Assembly (NCBI GenBank): GCA_031260975.1
Contig: JAISKJ010000001.1
Coordinates: 5,463 to 69,462 of the forward strand
Direction of reading: 5' to 3'
Origin: Christensenellaceae bacterium
Lineage (GTDB): Bacteria; Bacillota; Clostridia; Christensenellales; UBA1242
DNA: 64,000 nucleotides
Of this stretch, positions 63,497-64,000 are shown piece by piece. Position 1 is the stretch's first letter. Each line of letters starts with the position of its first letter. The notes beneath the pieces were generated by a model, which worked only from the letters and a program-made list of their open reading frames with translations, ran no database searches and was not told the origin of the DNA. The translations under genes were made by a program, and so were the position numbers.

Positions 63497-64000
63497 ATGA
63501 AACTTATATTGGCGAGTGATTTTAATAATATTCAAAAAGATCAACAAGGCAATAAGTATGCTGTGCCATTTGCTGACTCTAATTTATTTTTAACAAACAT
63601 AAAAAAATATACATTGCGATATAAAAACCTTGTATTTATTGTCAGCAATCCTGAAACATTAGAGATTAATAATTTTTATGGTAATTTGTTATTTGAATCT
63701 CTAAAACTTTCAAAAATTGATTTTGAAAAGAAAACTATTCTTGACAATCGAAATAAGAATGATGCTCCAGAGATAATAAAGGATGCGGATTTAATTTTTT
63801 TGTCTGGAGGCAAAGTTGATATACAATCAAAATTTTTAAATGAAATAAATTTAAATGAACATTTAAAAAATTACACTGGCTTGCTAGTTGGTGCATCTAG
63901 CGGTGCAATGAATTTATGTAATAGAGTGGTAAGTTTCCCTGAAAATTTAGAGGAAATTAACAAGAATAGCTTATCAAAGTATTTTTTGAATGGTCTTGGT
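63497..64000 (+). CDS. peptidase S51 (dipeptidase E)-like / class I glutamine amidotransferase-like protein (partial)
   Basis: My own translation from ATG 63497, after AAAAGGGGA: MKLILASDF...ADLIFLSGGKVD...LLVGASSGAMNLC. Open to the window end. Confidence 0.55.
   Translation, partial: MKLILASDFNNIQKDQQGNKYAVPFADSNLFLTNIKKYTLRYKNLVFIVSNPETLEINNFYGNLLFESLKLSKIDFEKKTILDNRNKNDAPEIIKDADLIFLSGGKVDIQSKFLNEINLNEHLKNYTGLLVGASSGAMNLCNRVVSFPENLEEINKNSLSKYFLNGLG

Larger units (their letters stand above)
61162..64000. mobile_element. left end of an integrative element (prophage, ICE or IME) inserted next to tRNA-Ser; the right end lies outside the window
   Basis: tRNA 3' end, then an integrase and excisionase reading toward the tRNA, then AT-rich cargo. 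Confidence 0.7.

Overview
This 64 kb window comes from a low-GC, endospore-forming Firmicute, probably Clostridia-like. The evidence is yabP-yabQ-divIC, a gerA-type germinant receptor operon and the mrnC-rlmB-sigH block. About 46 of 54 CDS lie on the minus strand.

Left and middle (1-35 kb) are mostly housekeeping genes of the kind usually found near a Firmicute replication origin: metG-like ligase, degV, dnaB helicase, typA, rubrerythrin, purB, sigH block, ABC exporter, comFC, recD2, folD, rpsF-ssb-rpsR, the gerA operon and gmhA plus a heptose kinase.

An accessory-looking block lies at 35.9-54.5 kb. It encodes a 2416-aa membrane-anchored surface protein with a C-terminal transglutaminase-like module, a stand-alone lipoprotein paralog of that module, several orphan envelope proteins, and a 1191-aa protein that fuses an N-terminal HTH to a polytopic membrane domain.

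The right end holds pyk, an AT-rich kinase-like orphan, an HdeD-like membrane protein, vanW and tRNA-Ser(GCU). The tRNA is followed immediately by an integrase/excisionase pair, marking the start of an AT-rich integrative element that runs off the window.

The most notable non-genic signals are:
- an oriC-like DnaA-box cluster at 58.9-59.1 kb with no dnaA in view;
- two promoters with a G10-11 homopolymer in the -35/-10 spacer, which are phase-variation candidates;
- two families of intergenic long-hairpin elements with conserved cores and covarying stems. One copy is nested inside another and flanked by a 7-bp duplication.

No rRNA genes or CRISPR arrays were seen. All functional calls come from reading motifs and synteny by eye. 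No database search was possible.
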